The position numbers and the translations under genes were made by a program. DNA of 64,000 bases from Octopus sinensis (taxonomy: Eukaryota). The stretch covers positions 97,402,001 through 97,466,000 of the forward strand of contig NC_043002.1 of NCBI RefSeq assembly GCF_006345805.1. The letters are read 5' to 3'. Below the pieces are notes generated by a model that saw only the letters and a program-made list of their open reading frames with translations, searched no databases and was not told the DNA's origin. Position 1 is the first letter of the stretch. The number at the start of each line of letters is the position of its first letter. Below are positions 13,545-27,045 of this stretch, in pieces.

Positions 13545-14640
13545 TGGTAACATTTTTTACCACTATAACATAGCTGTTCTATACTTTAACCCCAGGTAAG
13601 CAGCTTTTCCAGCTGGTTAACGACACACAACCCGTGTTCGATATATTGTAAGGGACCGAGTCACTCCCCACTAGCTTGGCAAGACGAGTAGACTACGGTT
13701 TCTGGGTCTTTACCGGTCATGGGTACTGGATACCTGCCTGCTAGAGATGGCAGTCAATCGTGCCTACTCACAATATATAAACAGAGAAGCGGTAGGCAGC
13801 TGCTGATCTCGTAACGAGCAAAGTATCTAGTTTTAAAATCTCTAAACGAGATAAAAGTAGTAACACTACTAGATGGTAACATATTTTTTTGCCACTATAA
13901 CATGGCTGTTCTATACAGAAAATATCTTTTCTGGCTATTGGGTTGTCCGGAAAGTTCGTGCCGATTTTTAAAGGAAAGAAAAAGATCAATAAATACTTGC
14001 CATTACATTTTTAATCAACCCAATATGAACCATTTTGTTGCACAATGCATCTCCATCTTTCCTTTAACTTGAATGATCACCTTCCCTTTACATAACTCCC
14101 TGTCCCCCTACATGGCCTAGCTTTTGCTTTTTGAACCAATAAAAATTGAATAGGATTGAAAATACCCTTTCCCCAGAATTGAGGTGGTTTCATGGCAAAG
14201 AATTAATCATGGTATCTTTTTACGTCATCCAAGGAATTTAAATTTTTACCATTGAGACTATTCTGCAGAGACCTGAATAAGTGGAAATCCGAAGGAGCAA
14301 TATCTGGTGAATATGGAGGGTGGAGTAAGATAAGCTACTATAAATCGGCACGAACTTTCCGGACAATTCAATATTTAACGACACACAACCTGCGTTCGAT
14401 ATATTGTGATGAGTAAGGGAGCGAATCACTCACCTCCAGATTAGTAAGACTAGTAGACCATGGTTTCTGGATCTTTATCCGTCAACGGTACTGGAAACCT
14501 GCCTGCTGGAAAAGACGTTTTCCTGGGGTTAAAATGTAGTAACACAATTCTGTATAGAACAGCCATGTTATAGTGGTAGAAAAATGTTACCGTCTAATAT
14601 TCTTACTACTAATATCTCGTTTAGTAATTTTCGAACTAGC
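13545..14640 (-). mobile_element. PLE- or retrozyme-like non-coding element: direct and inverted repeat units with two decayed hammerheads
   Basis: The unit TTAACGACACACAACC...ACCTGCCTGCT occurs at about 13615-13742 and 14375-14508. The unit GGTAACA...ACTATAACATGGCTGTTCTATAC occurs at about 13545, about 13875 and inverted at about 14550-14595. Confidence 0.6.
13940..14371 (-). mobile_element. Internally deleted mariner element
   Basis: TIRs TTGGGTTGTCCGGAAAGTTCGTGCCGATTT and AAATCGGCACGAACTTTCCGGACAATTCAA, with a TA duplication (13938-39 and 14372-73). The minus strand reads HPPYSPDIAPSDFHLFRSLQNSL. Confidence 0.92.
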
Positions 14641-14663
14641 TACTTCGCTCGTTGTATACTCTC

Positions 14664-14900
14664 TTACTCTTTTAGTTGTTTCAATTTTTTTATTGTGGCC
14701 ATGCTGGAGCACCACCTTGAGTCGAGCAAATCGATGCCAGGACTTATTCAATGTAAGCCTAGTACATATTTTATCGGTCTCTTTTGCCGAACCGCTAAGT
14801 TACGGGGACGTAAACACACCAACATCGGTTGTCAAACGATGTTGGGGGAACAAACACAAACACGCACACATATACGCACACATACACACACACACACACA

Positions 14901-14937
<37 letters not shown>

Positions 14938-15133
14938 ATATAAGATATAATATATATATTATATATATATAAGACGGGTTCTTTCAGTTTCCGTCTACCA
15001 AATCTACTCACAAGTCTTTTTTCCGGCCGAGGCTATAGTAGAAGACACTTGCCCAAGGTGCCACGCAGTGGGACTGAACCCGGAACCATGTGGTTGGTAA
15101 GCAAGCTACTTACCACACAGCCACTGCTGCGCC
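14664..15133 (-). mobile_element. SINE-A (tRNA head, CORE-like CACCTTGGGCAAGTG, internal microsatellite)
   Basis: Full reverse copy of the family also seen at 27351, 29893 and 47974. Confidence 0.9.
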
Positions 15134-15455
15134 TATATATATTCTTTTGTCATTTTACTTGTTTCAGTCTTTGGACTACCTCTGTACTTAATCACAGCCT
15201 TGACGGGTTTTTGTCGAACGATTTGGCCCCAGTACTTATTATAATTTTATATTTTAAGCCTGGTACTTATTCAAATGATGCTTTTGCCGAATTGCTAAGT
15301 AATTCCAAAACCTTTTTCGATTACACTATGACCTCCATAGACATGGCCAATTTCTTCTCAGAGTCTCTCTTATTGTTGCTTCAACTGTTTCGGCATCTCT
15401 AAACAGACCCTCCAATTGCATACGCACACACACACAACATACACACATGCGCACA

Positions 15456-15486
<31 letters not shown>

Positions 15487-16559
15487 CACATATACACACA
15501 CATACACACAAACACACACATACTTTCTCCCGAGCTGTATGACCTAGAAACCCTTTTAATTCATGCTTTTGCTTTTCTTACTGGCATCAGTATTCAGATT
15601 TTTATCCTGAACATAAATCGTACAATGCCCATTAATCTGTAGCACCCAAAATTGTATACGTGACGTTTCTTCTTTGCTTACAAAATACAAAGATGTTATC
15701 TTCCTTGGCTTTCTTTTCTATTTGCTATATGCAGTTTTGATTCTTTCATACGTATTTTCTCTGTACGAGACAGGGAGAGAGAATGAGGAGGAGAGTGAAA
15801 ATGCAAAAGAAAGGCAGAGTAAGCGTGTAATTCCTTATTGAGCGTTCCAATCCTGGACAAGGCAGCATTCAGTATAATATGTTAAAGATAGTGAATGAAA
15901 ATATGTTACAGTGCGAACCTTTGCGTCCATTGAATAGATAGGAAGGTAGTAAGACAACAAAGTAGTATTGAATACATTTGAATCATCACATTAAGCGCTG
16001 CCAAAGCAAACTGAGAAAACAAAAAGAAATATATGGCAATACTGAAGTATGTCGAAATCATGGAAACTTTCACTCTACAAAGAAGATACCGTTTTTGAAA
16101 GAAACCAAAGTTCTTTTCTATATATATAATTCAAGTAAGGGTTCGTCGACTTGTCTTTATTTTCGAATTCAAGGCCATTCTAGAAGTATCCCACTACAAG
16201 TTATGACTCCTGCAAGGATATTTCAATGAAAGGCCTATAAATACGTAATAAATTTTATTTAGGTAAATTCATGTGCCTCATGTTATGCTAGGCTGACGGT
16301 TTTATATATGACTAAATGGCACTACGTCTGGTTATCTGTGACTAAAACCTTTAAGATCTTTGTAATGAGTGAAAACAAAAGACAAAAATTAAATATGTAT
16401 ATTTTTTGCATCTTCGTATTTGCTCTTCGATATCATATTCAAACTCTTAATACCGCCATCTTTGGTCTGCAAAATATTATGTCCCTTACAATCACTAGAG
16501 CGTACCACGCGTTTAACTTCCTAAATTATATTTTGTAGAATTTTTCAGTAAGAAGTACC

Positions 16560-16800
16560 AAAGATACCGTCTTCTCCATCTGGAATTAAGACCCAGTACT
16601 GTTAGAGTTTGGGTTTTCAAGGGTCCACAAATGTTCAGCAGAAGCCATACAGCCACAGATATTCGCGAGATGCAGAAGTGGAAGTCTTCAAAGAGCGTCT
16701 GGACAAATTTTTATCTCAGATACCAGATGAACTCACATCGCAGCCGGAGGCACAAAGAAAAGCGTCTCCGCCCAATTCCCTATTTCACCAGAACAATGTT
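16560..16800 (+). mobile_element. CR1/L2-group LINE 3' end fragment
   Basis: FKERLDKFLSQIPDE...NSLFHQ matches the typical ORF2 C-terminus of this group. Confidence 0.75.
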
Positions 16801-18171
16801 GAAAAGAAATTCAATTCAAACACACTGAAAAGTAGTGCACCAGCATGACTTCAGCCTGTGGCTGAAACCAGTAGAAAAGCTTTAAAAAAAGCTTAGCTTC
16901 CTGAGAAGATTTTAGGGTGGGAATTATTATCAATTCTAATATATGACTGATACCTATTCCATCGACCCAGAAGGATGAAAAATGAAGTTGTTCCATATAA
17001 GATTTGAAATGAAGTGTTAAAAGAACCGGAGTAAATACGGATTCGACATCCCACCACTCTCTGCAATTCCATGGTATATTTAATTTTTCATGCGCACACA
17101 CGCGCATATTATACACACACATGTATACATACATATATATATTTAGAAAGAGAGAGAGAGAGAGAGAGTGAGATACATACATACATACATACATCTATAT
17201 ATATATACATACATACACATACATACATACATACATACATACATACATACATACATACATACATACATACATACATACATACATACATACATACATACAT
17301 ACATGCATATATATATATATACATTTCTCGAAAATGAATAGACATATAATGGCAACTAACACCAAATTATATCCGATTTCTGTTATTATAATAACGCTTC
17401 ATACAGTGTGCTATAAGATAAGATGAAATGATATATTATATAATATAATATAATACAATATAATATAATATAATATAATATAATGTAATATAATATAATG
17501 TAATATAATATAATAAAAGAGAATACGATATAAGATAATATCATAAAACAGAATGTTATTTCAAGATATTTTAGATCTCAATAAAGTAAAACTGCACCAG
17601 TTCGGTAAGTTTGTTATGGATATTGAAATACAATTCGTTAATACGTTAGATATCTCAGGAATATTATATGCTAAGATAAGATACCTAATAAGTCTGTGTA
17701 TTCACTGAGCCTTCGACAGATATACAAAGATTAATTTCTATGTTATATTTTGGTAGCTGATCACATGTCCTTGTATATATTCTATAAACTGTTGTGTTAA
17801 CAGTTCCGGTGCTTCTATATAGTCTGCATGGTGTGTTGGAGATATCTAGACTAGCGTTTGTAAGTGTTTTATATATTCTGCTCGAATCATAAGGCTGTTG
17901 CGTCTATATTTTACTTCTTTCTTTTCAGTAACAAGTCAAATATTTCTGTTTCATCTTTATACTTCTGTTACGGACCTAATACTTACATACACGCACTTAT
18001 ACGTGGACCACACATACACACATACTATATTAATATAGTGTGATATACATATACATACATATATATATATATACAATATATATATATATATATATATAAT
18101 ATATATATATATTATATATACCATATACATATATATATAAACATAATCTATTTAATATATAAATATATATA

Positions 18172-18202
<31 letters not shown>

Positions 18203-18227
18203 AAATATATCTATATAAATATATACG

Positions 18228-18520
18228 CGAGAAGAAGCAACAAGAATGGATAGGTTTTTAGTACGATCGTTTCATACAAGGACGGTTTTATTAAAAGTTG
18301 CAAAGATTACAGCATATAAACGAGTCCCGTACTCATCAGCTAAATATACTGTAAGTTCCTAGACAATCCTAGTGGGTTTAGGCTATACTCATGAAGTAAT
18401 GTAGATAATTAAACAGATTTCTAAAGTTCATTAAAGTTCTTTAAGATGATGTAACAGTCCTTATCACAGAATTTTAAAAAATTTTGATAGCGTCACAGAG
18501 AAGGTGACCTAACCATATAA
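18228..18520 (-). mobile_element. PLE-type 3' remnant flanked on both sides by (TA)n
   Basis: A decayed frame ending ...EYSLNPLGL...YI* is followed immediately by a hammerhead fold. Confidence 0.6.
18256..18344 (-). ncRNA. Type-I hammerhead ribozyme, intact core
   Basis: TTTAG-CTGATGA-GTACGGGAC...GTCCTTGTAT-GAAAC-GATC-GTA^-CTAAA. Stem I is a perfect 5 bp and stem III is the palindrome ACGATCGT. Predicted cleavage is between 18262 and 18261. Confidence 0.85.
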
Positions 18521-18662
18521 ATATATATATATATTAAATATATATATATATAAATATATATAAATATAAATATATATAATTAAATATATATATTATAAAA
18601 TATATATATAAATATATATATATAATATATATATATAAAATATATTATATAATATATATATA

Positions 18663-18709
<47 letters not shown>

Positions 18710-19276
18710 ATATTATTTCGACACATCTAGCATCGATCCCTCACAGATGGGATTCTTCTTTTCAGGTGATAAATATATAACTCGTTAAAATAACGGTTTT
18801 GCAACGTATCTTCACATTTCGTGTAAAGAAAAGCAACAAATTAAAGGATATATCTTCATTTGTATAGAAGATCAATAATAAAATAACAGATGCAAAAAAG
18901 AAATAAACACGCACTACAGCGAGATAAGTATTAAGAATTTACCGTTAGCGGATATGGATGTATAAACGTCCAAGCGTAAGTTGTATGACGCATCTACACT
19001 CGCTCATACAAGCATCCACGAAGATGTAAGCATACGCACATAAGTTCTCATAGTGAGTTAAATAGCTGCTTGGTGTTTATAAGAATGGGGAGATTTAAAG
19101 CTAAACATTATTATTTCATACCTTACAGTAAATTATCTTAACAGTTATTCCCATTGCATCTATTATTCAGAGTTTCGCCCAAGACAAGGCTGTTCGCGAC
19201 TGTCGGGCAGATTAAACTGCTTAAGATATAATGACGCTTTCAGATCGGATAGTTGTGGATGAATGATGACTTTGAA

Positions 19277-19692
19277 GGCGAGCTGGCAGAAACGTTAGCA
19301 CGCTGGGCGAAATGCTTACTGGTATTTCGTCGGCCGTTACGTTCCGAGTTCAAATTCCGCCGAGGTCGACTTTGCCTTTCATCTCCCTTCGGGGTCGATT
19401 AAATAAGTACCAGTTACGCACTGGGATCGATGTAATCGACTTAATATCTATGTCTGTCCTTGTTTGTCCCCTCTGTCTTTAGCCCCTTGTGGGTAATAAA
19501 GAAATAGGTATTTCGTCTGCCGTTACGTTCTGAGTTCAAATTCCACCGAGGTCGACTTTGCCTTTCATCTCCCTTCGGGGTCGATTAAATAAGTACCAGT
19601 TACGCACCGGGGTCAATCTAATTGATTTAATCCCTTTGTCTGTCCTTGTTTGTCCCCTCTATGTTTAGTCTCCTGTGGGCAATAAGGAAATA
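19277..19692 (+). mobile_element. SINE-B dimer: one head and two body+tail units
   Basis: Head GGCGAGCTGGCAGAAACGTTAGC, B-box GAGTTCAAATTCC. The second unit restarts at GAAATAG/GTATTTCGTCTGCC. Confidence 0.9.
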
Positions 19693-19829
19693 TTGGGATT
19701 ATACAAAATTAGATTACATTAATTAGATAAATTAAAAATGTCTCGAACAAAGATTGGTTCAGGTCATGTCTAACTTAATAACGCCATCTGATAAGATTTG
19801 CTAAATCCTCTTTAAGTCAAGTTTTGTGG

Positions 19830-20200
19830 TATCATGGCCCATTCAAATGGGGGGTTCTTGTTGAGTGAGTTGTATCCAGGTATAGGTGGCTTATCTGATA
19901 TCCCTTAAAGAAATTAGTTCAGATTCCATTTAAAGGTGATGGGATTGTTTTCCTCCTTAATTTGTTTTGAGAGAATGTTAAATAGGGTAGGGCCGCTTGA
20001 GGGAAAGAAATTTTGTTGCAGTGTATTTATGTGTTGTGATCCCGAATTGTGTAGGGGATGTATGGCACTTGGATGAATTCTGAAACTAATGTTCAGTTCG
20101 TTTGGAAGTTGTTGGTGGTATATTCTCCACATTGTGCAAATGATGTATCGCTCACGGCGGCGCTGGGGAGAACAGAGTTTCAATGCTTTAAGGCAATATT
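19830..20200 (-). mobile_element. CR1/L2-group LINE 3' end fragment
   Basis: LKLCSPQRRRERYII..WRI...PN...GPTLFNILSKQIK...FKWNL, followed by DISDKPPIPGY. Confidence 0.8.
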
Positions 20201-21198
20201 AGAAAGATATTATTACGGTATGTGTAAGTCATTCCTTAATTCACTTCAAGCTATGATTTATCTATCGATGTCATTGCAGTTGTCAAAGGAAGACAAAATT
20301 ATTGTGGATCAGCCTTGTTTTGGTTCAATCGATGAGACTTAATAGATATTTTTAGAGGAAAGCAAAGTTTTAGGGATAGCTAATTACTCTGGAAATAATC
20401 TTAAGGCTGGCTATTGCTCACCCCGTCCCTCAAATAAACTAACTTCAAGCAATTTAATCTGAACGCCCAAATTTTAATATAATAAACCTGTCTAGGCACT
20501 CTAAGCAACCTATTGCGTTCTTTGTCAGAGAATGCTGGGAACATGCAGAATATATTTTGAAGATGCTTTACAACTCATATATATATATATATAGATAGAT
20601 ACGTGTGCATATATATATATTTATAGGGAGAGACAGAGAGGCAGAGAGAGCGAGAGAGAGATACACATGCACCGTAAGAGTATGTGTACTAAATGTCATC
20701 GTAGCATATGTCTATATATCTTCTTTCCCACCGTTCCAATATGTGTGTATGTATGTATGTATGTATGTATGTATGTATGTGCGTGCGTGTATTGAGGTAT
20801 ATACACACACACACTTAAATATGTACTTGATTAAGTTCGCATCATTTTTGAGTTAGTTTCTGGGCGCGGGTACCTATAGGTATAGAACTATCAATTTTCA
20901 TTTAAAATAGAGTATATACATACATAGCTATATAGACACACGCATGTGAAGAACTAACTATATACGTAATTGGGTGAAGTATTGATTGGCTATAAATGAA
21001 AACAGACAAGTAGACAGCTTTGTGTACCTTCTCCTCTGTGCCTCTGCCAGCACCTGTAAGCGACACAGGCTCCAGTCATGCGATTACTGTATTTGAAGTA
21101 GACTATAAATATCGCAATAGCTATCTAATTAGAAACCTTATGTCGAAAAATACATATGCAGTCCACTTAGCATTGCACATATGCACATGCAGGTAAGT

Positions 21199-21296
<98 letters not shown>

Positions 21297-22134
21297 TCAC
21301 GCAGATCTTCATTGGCATTACTCCACGTATCCATCCTAAACTTATCTACATATTACATTCACGGAAGTTGCATATGTATAATACGTAGGTACGTACGTGT
21401 CTGTGTGTGTGTGGGTGTGTGTGTGTGCGTGTGTGTGTGTGCGTGCGTGCGTGCGTATATGTGCATGCGTACATGTGTGTTTCTTGTATGAAAGCTGGGT
21501 GCGTAGGTATACAGGTAAAATATTGATATCTTACAAGAACAAACATTGTCGGGGAATGAATAGTTTTTTTTTTTCCAGTTGACCCCAGTACTTTATTGAT
21601 AGTTTTTTGTTTTGTTTTGTATTGCTTTTCTTTTGTGGGGTGTATCGCTCCTATAATCGAATCGTACGTAGCAAGTTCGAACTCGGAGAGTAATGGAATA
21701 TGAGTAATAACCACAGGGCTATTTTACCAAAATATTTCACACGCATAGTGTATAAGCGCTTCTTGCTTCCAAGTCAGGTGGTTCTGGGTTCAGTCCCACA
21801 GCGTGACACCTGAGGCAAGTGTCGACCACGAGTCAAACAAAGCCTTGTGAGTAAATTTAGCAGACGGAGACTGAAAGAAGCCCATCTTCAAAATTTATAA
21901 ATAAATGTGGAAGGGGATGTCTCTGTGGCTATTTGTCCTCCACAAGCGCTTGGCAACCGGTGTTGGTGTGCTTACGTCATTATAATCTAGCGGTTCGGCA
22001 AAAATGACCGATCGAGTAACTACTTGGCATTAAAAACAATTCATGGGGTCGATTTATTCGACTATAACCCTTCAAGGCGGTGCCCCAGCATGGTCGCAGT
22101 GTGAAATGGCTGAAACATTCTTTTATTCTTTTAC

Positions 22135-24475
22135 TTGTGTCAATCATTGCGGCCATGCTGGAGTACCACTTCTAGTCGAGCAAATCGACCCCCAAGACTT
22201 ATTCTTTATACGTATTCTATCGGCCTCTTAGGGCGAACCGCTAAGTTACGGGGACGTAATGCATCAATCGGTATCAAGCGATGGTGGGGGGACAAACACA
22301 GACACACAAATACACACACACACACACACATATGTATGTATATACTACGGGCTTCTTTCAGTTTCCGTCTGCCAAATCCACTCACAAGGATTTGGTCGGC
22401 CCGAGGCTACAGTAGACGTCACCTTTCCAAGGTGCTACGTAGTGGGACTGAACCCGGTAGCATGTGGCTGGGAAGAAAGCTTCTTTATTTCATATAATTT
22501 GCCACAAGGGCATTACACAGAGTAAGAAGCTTGTGGGCTGGAGGTAGACAAAAGGAGATGACATGAAAACATAATGATAAAGCTGACCAACAAGCCCTCG
22601 AATGCAATTTTTCTAATACAAAAATTCAAAAATATCAATACGAACAAGGTCAATCCACCTCAACGGAGCCCCCAACTCTGCACCGACAAGTCGGGGCCCG
22701 TGAAGAGGAAAGCAAACTCTTTCTTGTCAAAGGTCGCTATGACCCTTGACAGAATTTTATGTTCTAGTACTTCCGCAGCCACCTGCGGAGGCCATATTGA
22801 ACTGCCTATGCAGTCCGAGTACCTACGGCCCAGGCCGTCTAAAAATTCTCCCACAGACCCTCCCTAGTGATAAAGGAGGACAAACTCCTCCTCCTTCTCC
22901 TCCTCACGGGAAGGGGCTTCAAGCTGCTCCGTCAGTGGCACACTTCCCACTGACGGAGCTTTTTCTGCTAGTGGCCTACATCCCAGCGGCGGTTCAGTCG
23001 GCGGCACAGAGACACCTGCCGACTGTCCTCTGCTCCTCTTTTTCCTCTTTCTTTTAGAGGCTACAGGGGTAGAGACATACGTCGGCAGGCACGGGAAGGG
23101 GCACTATCCCATTGTGTCACTTGCCCATTTTTTGGTGAGCAACCATTGTTGCTCACCTTTCTTTTTCTCTTCGTGGAGGCAACTTCCTTCAGGACTATCG
23201 TTTCCCCCCCAGGGGGTGGGGTGGGCACCTTACTTTCCTGTGCCGGGGCCATGTTACGGCCCCGAGGGCAGTCCTTCCTAATGTGGCCTGGCTCCAGGCA
23301 CGAGTAACACTTGGGAGGCGACCCTCAAATATCACTGGATACCTTCAGCCAGCCATTTTTAGAAAGTCCGGGAATACCATTTCGCCTTCGGCCGATGGGG
23401 TCCATAGGGTCAAAATTAATTTTGACTCCTCCCAGTCGACCGCTGGCGTCATTCTCACATTTCAGAGCCTGGGCTCACTAGCCCCCAGGCCCTGCCGGAT
23501 GGTATCACCAATCCATCCTGCTTCTGTGCCCGGGGGTAGGCCACATACCCAGGCTTTTATCACCCTCCTCCCACAATAAGTGGGGAGGAACAAAATTTCT
23601 TGCCTCTGCCAACTTCCTCGGGGGTAACAAACAGCAACCAGACCGTTGCAATTTTGGTGCCCCCGTGAAATAAATTTTATAGTTGGCAGGTAGTCTGCCA
23701 ACTCTTTCTCTATCACAATCTTGTCGAAGAGGGCGATGGCACCATGTGACCTAGAATAAATCCGTAGTACCACCGTCCTCTTCTCAAGATCTTTAATCCA
23801 CTGTTTGGGAGGGACCACCTCTCACTCCAAAGCAAGTTCAAAAAAAGTTCAAAGGTCAAAGAAAAAGTCCAAAAACGGTACACAAGAGTTAACAGAAACA
23901 GTCAAAAAGAAATAAAACAAAAAAAGTAAAAAAAAAACTGTTCGAAAAGAAAGAAAAAAAATCAGGAAAGATAGAAAAAAACAATTCACACAATAAAAAT
24001 CCAATTTCTTGGGCAACAGGTACTCCCGGTCAAATGTGGATAGTGTCCTTAGTACGAAACTTTTTTTTCCGGTAATTGGTAAAATAAATCCAATAAACCA
24101 AACACAATTCAGGCTACAGCCAACGGTAACTGCAACAGCAGGTAACAGGTTCTAATCATTCAGGCGAGGATACGCACACCCTTTTTTCCCCAATAAATTC
24201 ACAATATACAAACAGCAGCCGCCGAGAGCAGGCGAAAATGTCCCAGAGCTGGGCAAAATTTATTAACAAAAAATTACAATATAACAAATTACGCCCAGCT
24301 CAGATAAAACAAGACCGCCTACGAGACGAACTTCTCTGTTTTTCTTCTTTTTTCTTATAATTAGACGGAGCTAACAAGTTCACATCCAATCTGGTAAAGC
24401 TGGAAGAAGTCGACTAACTGCGCATGTGCGGAAGCAAGCTTCTTACCACAGAGCAACTCCTGCATGCCTAAGAGT
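22135..24475 (-). mobile_element. SINE-A copy split by a 1.94-kb insertion
   Basis: SINE sequence at 22135-22485 resumes at 24430 (GGAAGCAAGCTTCTTACCACAGAGC). Confidence 0.85.
22486..24429 (-). mobile_element. ORF1-only L1/Tx1-like non-autonomous retroelement (HAL1-like architecture), pseudogenised
   Basis: 15-bp TSD with 1 mismatch (GGAAGAAAGCTTCTT 22471-85 and GGAAGCAAGCTTCTT 24430-44). About 600 nt of 5'UTR precede a frameshifted ORF at about 23818-22660 containing PVIFEGRLP(fs)KCYSCLEPGHIRKDCP (CX2CX4HX4C). Only about 175 nt remain to the 3' end, with no ORF2. Confidence 0.75.
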
Positions 24476-24546
24476 TGAAAATACTGGAAAATAATTTTTG
24501 AAGAATGATTACAGGAGATTGAAAAAATGTTGGTGTTATTTATTCA

Positions 24547-24641
24547 CCATTACACATGTTTCATACACTAACAGAAGTTACAAAACTGTACGTGTAGGAT
24601 AAACATCTAAGATATATCCTATTAGAAATTCTTCAGACAGG
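24547..24641 (-). ncRNA. Type-I hammerhead fold: intact core, weakened stem I
   Basis: CCTGT-CTGAAGA-A...CTAATAG...CTGTTAG...T-GAAAC-ATGT-GTA^-ATGG. Stem III carries the palindrome ACATGT. Confidence 0.65.
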
Positions 24642-24760
24642 GAATTAAAAAATGTTATATGTGTAATTTGATTCTATGTTGGAACAATTTCTAATAGAAG
24701 ATCGATCGTCTTTAAGTTTAATTCTGATTTTATATGGCTATGACTTTCTTCTCTCCCCCA

Positions 24761-24806
<46 letters not shown>

Positions 24807-25924
24807 CTTTTCTTCACTGTTAAAAGAGAGAAAAAATGGGAAAGAAGTCCGTCGCATTTCGTTTTTAATTTTAAATGACTATAGACTAACTAATTTTATG
24901 ATCTAGATTTATATGATACTGAAGAGCTCAATCAAGGGCGAAATGGTACTATCCACAACTACTGAAATGTCTAATAAATGAATTATATGGAAATATGGAA
25001 ATATTATGTTCTTTCCTTCTTCACTCATGGGAATAAAAGACCCCTCAACATAGGAAAAAATATAAACCTAGAGGTGATTCTCTCCCCTTGAGATGAATAT
25101 TCACTTTTTCTCTTATCTCATAGTAATCTCTCTCTCTATTTCCTTTTCTCTCTCTATCTCCTTTTTCTTTCTCTCTCTCTCTCTCTCTCTCTCTATCACA
25201 CACTCTCTTGCTCCAAAAGCAACTATAAGCAGTAGCAACAGTTTCGATTAAATAACGTGTGTACAACTTAGATATTTTTCTTGCATGTATAGCTTTGCGG
25301 TTCCTATTAGCAAATGAAATACGTGTAATAGTGAATAAATAGTGCCAATCTTCTTGTTTTGTTATGTGTGTGCGTGCTCACGCGCTTATGTGTGTGTGTA
25401 TGTGCGTGTGTATGTGTGTGCGTGTGTGTATATGCGTGTATATATGTGTCGCATGTGTATGTATGTGAGTGGGTGTTTGTGTTTGTGTATGTAGGTGTGT
25501 GATCTGAGTTAATAAACTCGAGATCATTTGATTTGTAAGGTAAACTATACATATATTGTGTGTGCTTTCAGAAGAAATGCTATTTAGCTTTGCTATATTG
25601 GAAAATTAAACAATGCTGTTAAACAACAGATGCGTCTTTCCATGTGAGGACGGAGTGGGGGAAGAGGCGACTGTTATTGCTGAGAGTTTGATAAAAGTTG
25701 AATTAGTCAGAACTGTTTCGTTTTCTGACTGGAAGAATGAACCGGCGATGTAACCCCACATACCCAATTATCCTAAAATGAAAACGATGTTTATTGCACT
25801 ATTCACTAATGTTACATGTATGGCGGTTGGCTGTATATAACCACACACACATATATATATTATGATTGTATTATCTATCTATCTAGCTATCTATCTATCT
25901 ATCTATCTATATCTATCTATATAT

Positions 25925-25990
<66 letters not shown>

Positions 25991-26166
25991 ATACATGTAT
26001 GTATATTAATATATACAAATTAAATAACCAAGGAACAGTAATTACGTATCTGTTCTCATGAAATTTATTTAATTTCATATTACGTTCTGTACTCAAATCG
26101 CACCTAACTGCGAATAACACTAGGTTGTTAGTGTCGTTATATTTAAGCGACATTTCAAAATACATA

Positions 26167-26261
<95 letters not shown>

Positions 26262-27045
26262 TTGTGAATGTATGTGTGTGCATTCGGAATAGGTAGATCT
26301 AACTACGCTGCGATAAAGCTGCTTCATAATGTAACTAGCACACGAGTATTCAGAGAGAAGTGATACTGTATAAATCATTCTCTCCGGATCCTTAATTGCT
26401 GTTCGACCACCATTTTTCTAGCAGTTATATTAGAATGTCCTTAAGTATCGCCATCTGATGATTCTTTGTCATATCAATGTAAAAGATCAACTTCGACTTA
26501 CATTTCTTTTGATCCCATAAAATAACGAACCAGTAAATTGCTGGGTGTCAATGAAATCGACAAGATTCTCTCCCCTAAAAAAAGTTGGTGGCCTTGTGCC
26601 TAAATTAAAAGCAATTATATTTCGAACTCTTTAGAATGTGCATGGATAGCTGAGCAGTCAAGAAGCTCGCTTTGCTTTCATGTGATTTTGAGTTCAGTTT
26701 CACGGCATAGCACCTGGGGCAAGTGCTTTCTACTACAATCTCAGACCTACCAAAGTCTTGTGAATCCATATGGGAATTTGCTATACCGATACACTCACGT
26801 ACGCGCACACACACACATACACACACATAGGTAGGTAGGCAGGTATTTAGGATGGTAGTAGGTAGGTAGGTAGGTAGGTAGGTAGGTAAAGGGCCAGCCA
26901 CTCCCTTTTGAAGTACATCTACTTATTCCATTATGTATTTGCTGTCGTTATTGTACAGATACAAAGTACATATTAAAAACTGAAAATTCTGAGTTTTTGT
27001 ATAACAAAACATAAAGTTGGAAAATGTATTGCTACTATTTATTGA

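Noticed and set aside
18715-18775. Weak hammerhead-like trace on the minus strand
   Set aside because: Both core halves are too degenerate to support a call.
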